Of a DNA stretch of 64,000 nucleotides, positions 19,076-27,658 are shown one piece after another (position 1 is the stretch's first letter; each line of letters starts with the position of its first letter). This stretch comes from Myxococcota bacterium. GTDB lineage: Bacteria > Myxococcota_A > UBA796 > GCA-2862545. Under the pieces are notes generated by a model, which was not told where the DNA came from, searched no databases, and saw only the letters and a list, made by a program, of their open reading frames with translations. The DNA lies in NCBI GenBank assembly GCA_039208735.1, contig JBCCQY010000005.1, positions 1 to 64,000 on the forward strand, read 5' to 3'. Made by a program: the position numbers and the translations under genes.

Positions 19076-21838
19076 TCAGGGGCGACCAACCGCCAAACGG
19101 AGGGTGTATCGCGAGGCCAAGGGGCTGTTTTGGTCTGGGCTTGCTCCGGTCGTCGGCATGTCGAAGCGCAGGAGTGACCCGCGGCTGTCGGCGTTGTCTT
19201 CCGCATCGGTCGAGTTCACCACCCAAAGCCTGCCTGACTCGTCGAAGGCAAGGCCCCAAGGCCCAAACAGCCCCTCAGTGATGCGGACCGATGCGTCTGC
19301 GATGCCGCGCGTGACCACGTTGCCGTCGAGGTCCCAATCTTGGACCAGTGCGCCCACCACGGATTGGCCGTACTTCGAGCCCGAAAACCACAATGCATCC
19401 TCGCGCCAGGTGATCGAGCGGACGGTGTCGAACAAGTCATCCCCCACCAGCGCGACGCCGGGGGTGACGGATCCGCTCGCTGAGGCCGGAAAACCCAGCA
19501 CGATTCCGTAGGTCGTGCCCAGGTAGATGTCGCCGTTGGGGGCGATGGCAATCGACAGCGGGTAGCCGTAGATCGAGGCATCGTAATGGAACGCCTCGAT
19601 GGCCTCGGAGGCGCCAGGGGCAATGCGGACGATCGCCGGCGTGCCGCGAGGGGTCCCTGTCCAATCTAGGGCGCTATTGACGACCAATGCGCTGCCGTCC
19701 GCCTCAAATGCGATGCCCGTGGGGTAGAGTAGGCCCGTCGACACCACCTCCCGCGGACTGGCTAAAGCGAAGCGGTCGTAGATGACCACGCGCCCCGCCG
19801 GCTGTGGAGCATCGGGATCGCCTACGTTCTCGACGACAAAGCGTTCGCCTGTGGGGCTGATGGCAATGGCGTAGGGCTGAGCGATGGCCTCGCCCGAGAC
19901 GCGGTCTGCCCGCGCGGGCTCTCCAAGCGTGGTGGGTTCGTCGAAGGCCACAACGTTCGAGAGTCCTGCATTGGTCACCCAAATCGTTTGTTCGTGGACG
20001 AACACAGGCACGTCGAGGTCGAAGGATGCACCGGCACCCCTCAAGGCGAGGTGGATGTGCCGCGGGCCGGCCTCGAGGGTGGCGGGATCGATGACGAGAT
20101 CGAGCGTGCCGCCGCTGGGCAACGTCGATTGCGTCACGCGGGCGGTGAGGCCCGAGGTCTCCAGGACCGAAACCTCCAACGCCTCGTTGAAGCCGCCCTC
20201 CCCGCGATGCTCGATGCGGAGGGTCACGCCCCGATCGGCGGTGACATGGGCGACCCTTGGAAACAGGGCGGCCGCGGGCCGTGGGGTGTCGACCCAGGGG
20301 CACGCTTCGGGAAAGGTCGTTGGAGGCTCCACGAAGAATTTATCTGCGTAGGAGGGAACGAACCGATGGTGCAGGGCTCGGTTTCGGGCGTAGCAGAGCA
20401 GGTCAGGGTCGGTGTCGGGGGTTCCGAAGTCCTGCGCCAGAACGACGCCACCGCTTAGGCGATAGTCCACGGCCTTTTCGACGATCTCGGGGTAGCCGGG
20501 CGCCTGGGTATCGGTTCGGGCGTAGTCCGTCTGTTCGAAATCGTACCGCGTGCTGAACACCTCGAACATCAAGGCGTCGACGTCCGGTCCTGTCTGGGGA
20601 ATGACGTTCATGCCTCGGTTCTGGACCAAGATGCCCTCAGGGTGCTGCGTGCGGAGTCGCCCGATCAACTCGACCATCCCCGGAATGGTGTCGGGGTAGA
20701 CGTCGACGGTGTCGACCGTGTCGAGAAACAGGCCGTCGTAACCAAGGTCGTGCAGTTGCTGCGCCTGTCCGAGCACGAAGTCCTGCCAGCCCACCTGCGT
20801 CGTGTCGGCGAACCATGAGTCGAAGAACGGGTTTTCGCCGAGGAACCACTCGGGACTTGCGTCGTAGATGGTTTGTCCAAGCACTTCCTCACCATCCACG
20901 AGGTAGGTGTTGGATAGCCCAATCTCGCCGATCGAAAGGTATGCCACGACCGGACCGCGGGCTTGAATGGCCCGTCGTTGTTCCGCCGTGAGGAGGGGTT
21001 GAACGATCGCGAGGTCGAGGTCGGCCATCGCATCGAGCGCGTTCGCGTCTCGGCCGTAGTACGTCGCGTAGGTTTGGACGTCGGCGAGGCGGGTGACCGA
21101 GGGGAAGTCGGTATCGCAGCTCACGACGTCGGTGCCATCGAGGGCCTCGTCGAGGAGCAGGCCCCGAAGCGCGCGGATCAGCATGTCGCGGCAGAATGCA
21201 GCGGGATCGGCCCGAAAGGAAGGTGAAAACTCTGCCACGAGCACGGGCTTGCCTCGTTCGGTGTACGCGTCGAAGGCCTCGCACGTGCCCTCGGAGGCGC
21301 AGCGAGGCGCAACCACAAGATCCGCATAGTCGACCAGCACATCGACACCGTTGGTCCATCCGCCTTGGGCGACGTCGAGCCCCCGCGCGTGAGCTTCATT
21401 CGCGAGGTGTTGGGCCAAGGCGCGTCGTTCCCCCGAGTCGGGTCCCTCCAGCTCGAACAGCACGACCCCGGCGCAGCCCGCTGCTTGGGCCGCATCCAAC
21501 TGCGCAAGGCCCCGGTCGACGGTTGATTGTCGTCCTACATCCAGGTCTGATCCGTCATCGGCCTTGGAGGGACGCATCTCGCAGAAGGTCGTGAACCCAG
21601 GCTGCGGTAGGCCTACGAGCAGGTCTGCCGATCGATTCGGAGCCACCGACCCTGACCGCTGCCAATGCCATGACATGTGGAGCGGCCAATCGGTTCCTTG
21701 GGTCGGTGTGGGCGCTTCGGCCAGGCCGGCCGGACCATCGGGGACCTGCACCACGGTTGGGTTGGTCTGGTCGTCGTCATCATCGTCCCAGTCGCAGCCC
21801 AGGACCCCCATCGCCCATGCAAAGTTCCACCACTTCAT
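19076..21838 (-). CDS. Lipoprotein with two endo-alpha-1,4-polygalactosaminidase-like domains (GH114-like and GH166/PelA-like) plus NHL-type beta-propeller
   Basis: Lipobox VLGC; AHARGL...GKPVLVAEF; VAYLSIGE, GYDGLFLDTVD, LVQNRG, LMFE; P.GIAF/PWGLAFD repeats; GAGG before ATG 21838. Confidence 0.75.
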   Translation of the reverse strand: MKWWNFAWAMGVLGCDWDDDDDDQTNPTVVQVPDGPAGLAEAPTPTQGTDWPLHMSWHWQRSGSVAPNRSADLLVGLPQPGFTTFCEMRPSKADDGSDLDVGRQSTVDRGLAQLDAAQAAGCAGVVLFELEGPDSGERRALAQHLANEAHARGLDVAQGGWTNGVDVLVDYADLVVAPRCASEGTCEAFDAYTERGKPVLVAEFSPSFRADPAAFCRDMLIRALRGLLLDEALDGTDVVSCDTDFPSVTRLADVQTYATYYGRDANALDAMADLDLAIVQPLLTAEQRRAIQARGPVVAYLSIGEIGLSNTYLVDGEEVLGQTIYDASPEWFLGENPFFDSWFADTTQVGWQDFVLGQAQQLHDLGYDGLFLDTVDTVDVYPDTIPGMVELIGRLRTQHPEGILVQNRGMNVIPQTGPDVDALMFEVFSTRYDFEQTDYARTDTQAPGYPEIVEKAVDYRLSGGVVLAQDFGTPDTDPDLLCYARNRALHHRFVPSYADKFFVEPPTTFPEACPWVDTPRPAAALFPRVAHVTADRGVTLRIEHRGEGGFNEALEVSVLETSGLTARVTQSTLPSGGTLDLVIDPATLEAGPRHIHLALRGAGASFDLDVPVFVHEQTIWVTNAGLSNVVAFDEPTTLGEPARADRVSGEAIAQPYAIAISPTGERFVVENVGDPDAPQPAGRVVIYDRFALASPREVVSTGLLYPTGIAFEADGSALVVNSALDWTGTPRGTPAIVRIAPGASEAIEAFHYDASIYGYPLSIAIAPNGDIYLGTTYGIVLGFPASASGSVTPGVALVGDDLFDTVRSITWREDALWFSGSKYGQSVVGALVQDWDLDGNVVTRGIADASVRITEGLFGPWGLAFDESGRLWVVNSTDAEDNADSRGSLLRFDMPTTGASPDQNSPLASRYTLRLAVGRP

Positions 21839-21937
21839 TGTGCACCTCGACTCTTTGGACCGGGCTATCGGTGAGGCCCTCGGGAGGACTGCAACAGCGT
21901 GCACCATTCCCACGTGCATCACGAGATAGTTGGCGAC

Positions 21938-22687
21938 ATGCCGATTACCCGTTTGTCGATCGAACCCTCACGCCGCTGCGCCAAGGCGTGCGCGTTCTGC
22001 TACAGCCACAGCACTCCGCGAGGCGAAGACGGCTACACGCCTGGCGAATTGGTTGAGTTTGTGCAGGATGCCGCAAGGAACGGGGTGGAGGCGGTCTCGT
22101 TCGGAGGCGGAGAGCCGCTCGAGTACCCCGGCCTCTTCGAGGTCTTGGACCGTCTACGCGGGGTGCTGGGGCGCACGTTCACCACCAACGGGCTGCTCCT
22201 GGACGAGCGATTCGATGAAGTCGTGGCCGCGGTTCCCGACAAGGTGCACGTCTCGATTCACTTTCCCGAGGTGGGCGATGAGGTGGCTCGGGTGGCGAGG
22301 CAGGTGGCGGCGTTGACTAAGGCGGGTGTTCCGGCCGGCGTCAACCTTCTCGTCGACGCCCGAAAGCTCAAGGCCGCTCGCGAGGCCTGTGCGTTCCTCG
22401 AGACGCAGGGCACCGGACCTCATCGCATGGTCTTTCTTCCCCGGCGCGACCGCCATACCCCGACCCCCCGTGAACTCGCACAGGTTGCGGGCACCGGGCG
22501 ATTCCAATCCATGACGTGCTTGCTCGAGTGTGGCCGAAGCCCCCGGTTTGCCTCGGTTGCGGCGGACCGTACCGTGGCGTGGTGTTCCTACACGACCGAG
22601 CGTCGGCCTCTGGCGGCGCTTACGTACAAGGCCATGACCGACGCCCTTAGTGGATTGGGGGTCACCTTCTGCGGAGAATCGCCATGA
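21938..22687 (+). CDS. Small radical SAM protein
   Basis: CAKACAFC (CxxxCxxC), SFGGGEPL, TTNG; extra C-terminal Cys (CLLEC...WCS). Confidence 0.9.
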   Translation: MPITRLSIEPSRRCAKACAFCYSHSTPRGEDGYTPGELVEFVQDAARNGVEAVSFGGGEPLEYPGLFEVLDRLRGVLGRTFTTNGLLLDERFDEVVAAVPDKVHVSIHFPEVGDEVARVARQVAALTKAGVPAGVNLLVDARKLKAAREACAFLETQGTGPHRMVFLPRRDRHTPTPRELAQVAGTGRFQSMTCLLECGRSPRFASVAADRTVAWCSYTTERRPLAALTYKAMTDALSGLGVTFCGESP

Positions 22688-23376
22688 CGCTCGAAGCGGC
22701 CCACAGCATGGACACGGTGTGGTTTTCCGTCGACGACGAAGGGCATGTCGCGGTGCTGGACTCCGGCGAAGCGGGCACGCTCCCCGAGGCGTGGAAGGGT
22801 GGAGAGGACGCAGGCTACGATTTCATGCAGCTGCTACCGCGACTGGGAATTTTGGTATCTGCGGATGCGGCCCCCGGGCGCGAGACCGACGCCAAGGAGA
22901 TTACGCTCGAAACGGTGTCATCGGTGGATTGGGGACGGGTGATTCTGGTGGAGAGCGCCCATCCGCGATTGTTGGACCGCTTTGTTGGGGCGACCGCCTT
23001 CGACGGCGAGTCGGCCACCTATCTGCTGATCCAGTCCGACGAAGCCAGTGAGGGCCAGCTTACCGAGGCGTGGCGTCGAGGCTTGGTGCGGCGGGCCTGG
23101 GCTCCCTTCTGGCGCACGGAGACGCCGCCGAGTGCCCTGTTTGGGGTCTACGAATACACCCACGACACCTACGGGGTCTCGCAGCCCTACGAACGCGTGG
23201 GCGTTCCGAGTCGACCGCTGCACATCGACGATCTTCCTACCTCCATCCAAGAGTTTGCCATTCGCCTGCCCGTGCGCTTTGCCGATGCGCCTCGGCTTCA
23301 GCCAGCGAGCCACCTGCCCTGTGCGAACTGGCAGAACGCGTGGGCCGACGTCGACGGAAACGTCTACCCAAGCTGA
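22684..23376 (+). CDS. Hypothetical protein (AAHSMDTxWFxVD N-terminal motif)
   Basis: ATGA overlap with the radical SAM stop; 230 aa with GC-rich codon pattern. Confidence 0.65.
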   Translation: MTLEAAHSMDTVWFSVDDEGHVAVLDSGEAGTLPEAWKGGEDAGYDFMQLLPRLGILVSADAAPGRETDAKEITLETVSSVDWGRVILVESAHPRLLDRFVGATAFDGESATYLLIQSDEASEGQLTEAWRRGLVRRAWAPFWRTETPPSALFGVYEYTHDTYGVSQPYERVGVPSRPLHIDDLPTSIQEFAIRLPVRFADAPRLQPASHLPCANWQNAWADVDGNVYPS

Positions 23377-24269
23377 CGGAACAACGGCCAATCGTCGCGG
23401 GTAGACCAGGCAAACCGTTCCGGCAGGGCCCGGTCCGGGGCCAGCCCATGCACAACGACCTGCCGCACATGGTCAGCCAGCCGCGCCGCAGCCTCGAACC
23501 ACGATTCGTCGAGGGCCCGAGGAGCCGGTTGCCAAACCACGGTTTCGACAGTCGACGGAAGGGGAGCCTTGATGAGAGGCAAACCATGAAGGCCGAGGGT
23601 CGTGACCGACTCGGCGCGGGCCAGCAGCTTTTCGAGGCCATTGGACCAATCGGTCCCGGCCACGTGCAGCTCGCGAACTTGGGCGAGGGGTGCGCTCACC
23701 GCAGGGTGCTGCAGCCCCAGATCGAGTCGAGTAAACTTGCCATCCGGCCACTCCGCGGCCGACTGGCCGTTCACCATCACCTCCAACACGCCAGGGGGCG
23801 TGTGGGGCGCCACTGGAATGGGCTTATCCAGGGTGGATGTGATCTCGATGCGCCCGAGCGAGTTCGGCAATCGGACGTCGACGGCAATGGGGTACTCGTC
23901 GCTGTAGGTGTAGTGCAGTGTCAGGGTACGCATCAAGGCCGTAAGTGGCGATTCGGCCGCGCGTTCAATCGTGTCGGTTCGGTCACGGGAATAGGTTCTC
24001 TCATCCACGCCCAATTCGCTGATCATGCCCCCGACCCAACGCAGATTGCGAAGGTGGTCGCTCGACAGGTGGGAGGTCGCGTGGGCGATCCGAAACCGCC
24101 GCGCACGCAGCTGGGCGTCAGAGTCATCGGAGCGCGCGGCGTCGTGGATGTAGTCGCCGAGCGGATGCCCGTGCTGGGCCCACCAATCGCCGTAAACCTG
24201 CACGAGTTCCGGCGTGAGGCCCTCGCGGGCAATGGTGGCATCGAGACCGGGCTCGCGGGGAATGTGCAT
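23364..24269 (-). CDS. TIGR02996-like domain protein
   Basis: LVQVYGDWWAQHGHPLGDYI...LRWVGGMI; LRR-like C-terminal part. Start chosen at ATG 24269. Confidence 0.55.
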   Translation of the reverse strand: MHIPREPGLDATIAREGLTPELVQVYGDWWAQHGHPLGDYIHDAARSDDSDAQLRARRFRIAHATSHLSSDHLRNLRWVGGMISELGVDERTYSRDRTDTIERAAESPLTALMRTLTLHYTYSDEYPIAVDVRLPNSLGRIEITSTLDKPIPVAPHTPPGVLEVMVNGQSAAEWPDGKFTRLDLGLQHPAVSAPLAQVRELHVAGTDWSNGLEKLLARAESVTTLGLHGLPLIKAPLPSTVETVVWQPAPRALDESWFEAAARLADHVRQVVVHGLAPDRALPERFAWSTRDDWPLFRQLG

Positions 24270-24323
24270 CGTTGTCCGACGTAGCGGACCGATTGAGGTT
24301 GGGCGAGCGAGTACGCTGCACAC

Positions 24324-25043
24324 ATGGATCATCTCGACCGACATCGCGTGCTTGATGCGATCGTACGGCGGCTATCGCGGCACGTCGAAGGTGAGCGTTG
24401 GTTGGTTCGCGGGGGCATGCACATGCGAGGCGCCCTCCCAGGGCTGGGTCGCGTGGTTCGTGACCTGGATCTGGTGGCACGGGAGCCGTTTGACCAAGCC
24501 GCGGTCCGCGAGACCTTTGCCGAGGTGCTTGCGTGGCCCATGGACGATGGGGTCGCATTCGACGCCCGCGTAGCCTCCGAGCCCCGGTTCAGGGTAGGTC
24601 GCCAGGATCATTGGCTTGCCGTGCGCGGGTTCATCGAAGACCGATCGGTCATCGTCGGCATCGATCTCGCCTACGGCGTGCCGTTTGGTCGCCCACAGCC
24701 GATGGGCCCAACGTCCAGGTTGCATCGGGCTGATCCGGCGAGTGTCGTCGCGCGCAAGATCGAGCTGCTGCGCGCCTTCGGGCCAGCGTGGTGGCGGCCC
24801 AAGGATCTCTACGATGTGCATCGTTGGCTCACGGTGGCCCCTCCCCAATGCCTTGGCGAGGCATTGGAAGCGCGACTGGGCACCGTGACGCGGGTTCGGG
24901 GAGCCCTTGCGCTCGGGCCTCATGCGAACCGACCCTGGCGGCGATTCGTCGAGGCATCCGCCCCAAGCGCGTTGCCAGATGTCACCTGGGTGCTCGAGGA
25001 AGTGCGGCACGAGCTGGCGCCCTTCCTTGGGAGCGCCTCGTGA
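24324..25043 (+). CDS. AbiEii/AbiGii-family nucleotidyltransferase toxin
   Basis: WLVRGG...RDLDL, IDLAYG, ARK, RPKDLYD motifs. Confidence 0.75.
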   Translation: MDHLDRHRVLDAIVRRLSRHVEGERWLVRGGMHMRGALPGLGRVVRDLDLVAREPFDQAAVRETFAEVLAWPMDDGVAFDARVASEPRFRVGRQDHWLAVRGFIEDRSVIVGIDLAYGVPFGRPQPMGPTSRLHRADPASVVARKIELLRAFGPAWWRPKDLYDVHRWLTVAPPQCLGEALEARLGTVTRVRGALALGPHANRPWRRFVEASAPSALPDVTWVLEEVRHELAPFLGSAS

Positions 25044-26359
25044 ACGTTCGGACGCTGGTCCGAATGGTGCCTGCTGAACCGCCGTTTCCCGCCATGGTGG
25101 AGGTGTGGGAAATCACTTGGGTCGACCGGGAGGTCGAGACGTATCGGCAGCGCGGTAGCCGCACCGAGGTGAGCCATGAGGTCTTTACGGACGCCGCTGC
25201 CGCCGAAGCGTTCGCGCAACAGGCGATCGATGCGCGAACGGCGGAAGGGTTTGTGCAGGGAACGCCTCCCGAACGAAGACCGCCACCCGATCGGCGGGCG
25301 CATGAGGTGGTCCGGTACGTCCAGGCCCATGCCGCGGACACGTCGTCCCGCCAGGTGTTGGGGGACTGGTTGCACGAGCGAGGAGACCCATTCGGAGGTT
25401 TAGTGGGCCGATGGTTGGGACTGACCTCGCCCGAAAGCCGCAAGGAACTCGGTCTGCAAGTCCACGAATCGGTGTTCGACGATTGGATCACCGGAGAGTG
25501 GGGGGCCGTCTGGGATCGGGGGTTTCTCGAGTGGCTTTCCGTTGCCGTCTGCCCCGATCGGCCGGCCACGCTGGCCGCCCGACTCCCCACGTTGCTGGCC
25601 CATCCCGCGTCGTGGTTGCTGCGCGGGCTGAAAATCGACGGTGCGGATGGTTACGTCGCGCACGAATCCAGCGACGCACACTACGCCGAACAGCCTGAGT
25701 CCGAGGAACTCTGGGTGCTGCTGGCGGCGATTGCGGAAACCGGCCCCCATGGATCGATCGAGCGGCTGGAGATTGAGGCGGAGGTCGAGGAAGACCCTTC
25801 TCTTGCGCTACTCAATGAGACGTTTCCCAACCTCCGAAGGGTTTCGTTCCGAGGTGCGCTCGACCGCATTTGGCCGCTGCCGGAGGCCTGGGCTCGTCAG
25901 CTCACGGTGCTTGAGGCCCATGTCGATGATGCGGCTTTGGAACAACTCGCGGTCGACCTGCACGACGGGGCGATGCCCATGCTTCGCGAACTCGGCCTTG
26001 AGACCAGAGGCCTGGCCCAGGCCTCCCCCCCGGGACAGGTGCGACTCGAAGCCGCCTGCAAAGCGCGCGGGATCCTCGTTCGGCAGATGCAAGGCTTGGG
26101 CATGCCCGAGACGTTTACCTGCCGCATCGACGGGCAAGCGGTGGCTTTGACCGCCCCCTCACGTACGACGCAGTGGGACAGCGATCCCTACGATGATGCC
26201 CTGTCCGAGATCTTCGAGCTGTGGCGGCCCGAAGACGATCGGCGTGAGGCCGCCACCCCCGATGGCTACTTCGACCCGGACCCGGAACGGGTTGACGCGG
26301 ACGCGTGGCAAGACGGCGATCCCGATGGCAACGAGGCGTGGGATGCGTCAGGGCATTAG
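25040..26359 (+). CDS. WGR-like + TIGR02996-like + LRR protein with acidic tail
   Basis: GTGA overlap with the AbiEii stop; WEITW...F.DAAAAEAFA...RTAEGF; VLGDWLHERGDPFG; WDRGFL; LLRGLKI, FPNLRRVSF, PMLRELGL. Confidence 0.65.
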   Translation: MNVRTLVRMVPAEPPFPAMVEVWEITWVDREVETYRQRGSRTEVSHEVFTDAAAAEAFAQQAIDARTAEGFVQGTPPERRPPPDRRAHEVVRYVQAHAADTSSRQVLGDWLHERGDPFGGLVGRWLGLTSPESRKELGLQVHESVFDDWITGEWGAVWDRGFLEWLSVAVCPDRPATLAARLPTLLAHPASWLLRGLKIDGADGYVAHESSDAHYAEQPESEELWVLLAAIAETGPHGSIERLEIEAEVEEDPSLALLNETFPNLRRVSFRGALDRIWPLPEAWARQLTVLEAHVDDAALEQLAVDLHDGAMPMLRELGLETRGLAQASPPGQVRLEAACKARGILVRQMQGLGMPETFTCRIDGQAVALTAPSRTTQWDSDPYDDALSEIFELWRPEDDRREAATPDGYFDPDPERVDADAWQDGDPDGNEAWDASGH

Positions 26360-26757
26360 TTCCAGGTCTCGTCGACCTCCGCTACGGGAGGCGGCCGACC
26401 GGGCAGGGGGCTTGCCTGATGGTGAACCATGCGCCAACCCGCCGGCTCTCGCACGAACAGGTTGGTCGCGGCAAGTTGAACGTCCTCGAGCACCTCGAGG
26501 CAGGTCACCCAGGCAAACTCCCCGACACGGCGGACTTTCGCGTTGAGGCAGCGCACGTCCGGAGAACTCGGATTGGACAAGATGCGCGCCCAGCTGTCGA
26601 GCACTTCGTCGCGACCCTCAAGCAACGGCCAACCCGGGTGAAGGCAGGCGACATCGGCTTCTGAGGCCCAAACGTCGGCCATCGCGTCGTAATCCCGGTC
26701 GGTGAACGCCGCGTAAAACGCGAGGTTCGTGGCCAGAACTTCCTCATCCGTGCTCAC
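26356..26757 (-). CDS. SnoaL-like/NTF2 family protein
   Basis: NLAFYAAF..RD..AM..VW, CLHPGW..L.GR, ATNLF...WRMVHHQAS; GGAGG before GTG 26757. Confidence 0.85.
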   Translation of the reverse strand: MSTDEEVLATNLAFYAAFTDRDYDAMADVWASEADVACLHPGWPLLEGRDEVLDSWARILSNPSSPDVRCLNAKVRRVGEFAWVTCLEVLEDVQLAATNLFVREPAGWRMVHHQASPLPGRPPPVAEVDETWN

Positions 26758-26953
26758 CTGTCCTCCCGAGCCCGAAGATCCAGGGGCTCGCTCCGCCGAC
26801 CCCCAGCGTACCGATGAGGAACAGGATCGTGCCGACCACGCCAATGCTCTGGTCAAGGGCCCGGTCCAACAGCCACTTGTGGACGATCCCGAACGCGACC
26901 GCAACCACCGTCGCCACGACGAGGCCCAAACCGACCCACGCCAAGCGGTTCAT
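26744..26953 (-). CDS. Small two-TM membrane protein
   Basis: 69 aa, two hydrophobic segments, GGAGG RBS; overlaps the next gene. Confidence 0.6.
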   Translation of the reverse strand: MNRLAWVGLGLVVATVVAVAFGIVHKWLLDRALDQSIGVVGTILFLIGTLGVGGASPWIFGLGRTGEHG

Positions 26954-27386
26954 GGACCCTCCATGCGCTCAAGGAGGCCTGCGCCTTTCAAATGGTCGCG
27001 AACACCTCGTGATTCAGGCACAGCAGTCACGGTCGTAGCGACCTGGCGGTACTCATGAACGTACACCTCGATGCGGTGTTGGGCGGTGAACGGTCGATGG
27101 CCCAAACCCTCCGACAATTCGCCGAGGATGGCTTGGCCCCCACGTCGTGGGGGGGGAGTCCCATCGCGCTAAACCGGGTGGGCTCGGGGCCACTTTCACC
27201 GTTCGGTCTGAACCGCTCCGCGGCGGCGTTGAGGGTGAATCCGTCTTCGACGACCTCGATGCTGTAGCTAAACTCCCGCGCGACGAGTGCATTCGCCAGC
27301 GTCTGGTACACGTCGTCGAGACGAGCGCCGGGCGTCAGCGCCAAGGCCACCCCAAACCCTCCCAATGCGTGGAGAGCGCTCCTCAT
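26950..27386 (-). pseudogene. Hypothetical protein apparently frameshifted at a G8 tract (27149-27156)
   Basis: The N-terminal frame (MRSALHAL...FSAMGLP) switches to a protein-like frame (GQAILGELSEGLGHRPF...LLERMEGP*) whose TGA overlaps the ATG of the next gene. Confidence 0.5.
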
Positions 27387-27388
27387 GG

Positions 27389-27535
27389 CTACTTGTCTTT
27401 GGTCGGCGTGAAGGTGCCACTGTCGGTCGCACACGTTTCGCGACGGCTGCAGTCGTCCTCTTCCCCAATGCAGCCCATGGCCAGTGTGATCCAGACGAAC
27501 CATACGATCGTACTGGCGAATCCCTTGCGACTCAT
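27389..27535 (-). CDS. 48-aa putative lipoprotein (not in ORF track)
   Basis: MSRKGFASTIVWFVWITLAMGCIGEEDDCSRRETCATDSGTFTPTKDK*; GGGGAGGGAG RBS; signal peptide with lipobox-like AMGC; stop 2 nt before the next ATG. Confidence 0.6.
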   Translation of the reverse strand: MSRKGFASTIVWFVWITLAMGCIGEEDDCSRRETCATDSGTFTPTKDK

Positions 27536-27658
27536 GCTCCCTCCCCGCGTCGGTGGACGGCCCATCTTACGTGGAAGGTCCGAGCCGGTCGCCGGGTTTC
27601 TTGGCCGTGTCGATCAGACCGTGACCTTCGGTGACGGATCGGTGCTGCGGGGGGGGAC

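Noticed and set aside
21938..22687. Radical SAM protein as the ArsS partner of ArsM
   Set aside because: It is short, shows no ArsS-like C-terminal domain that I can recognise, is 38 kb away and is coupled to a different gene.
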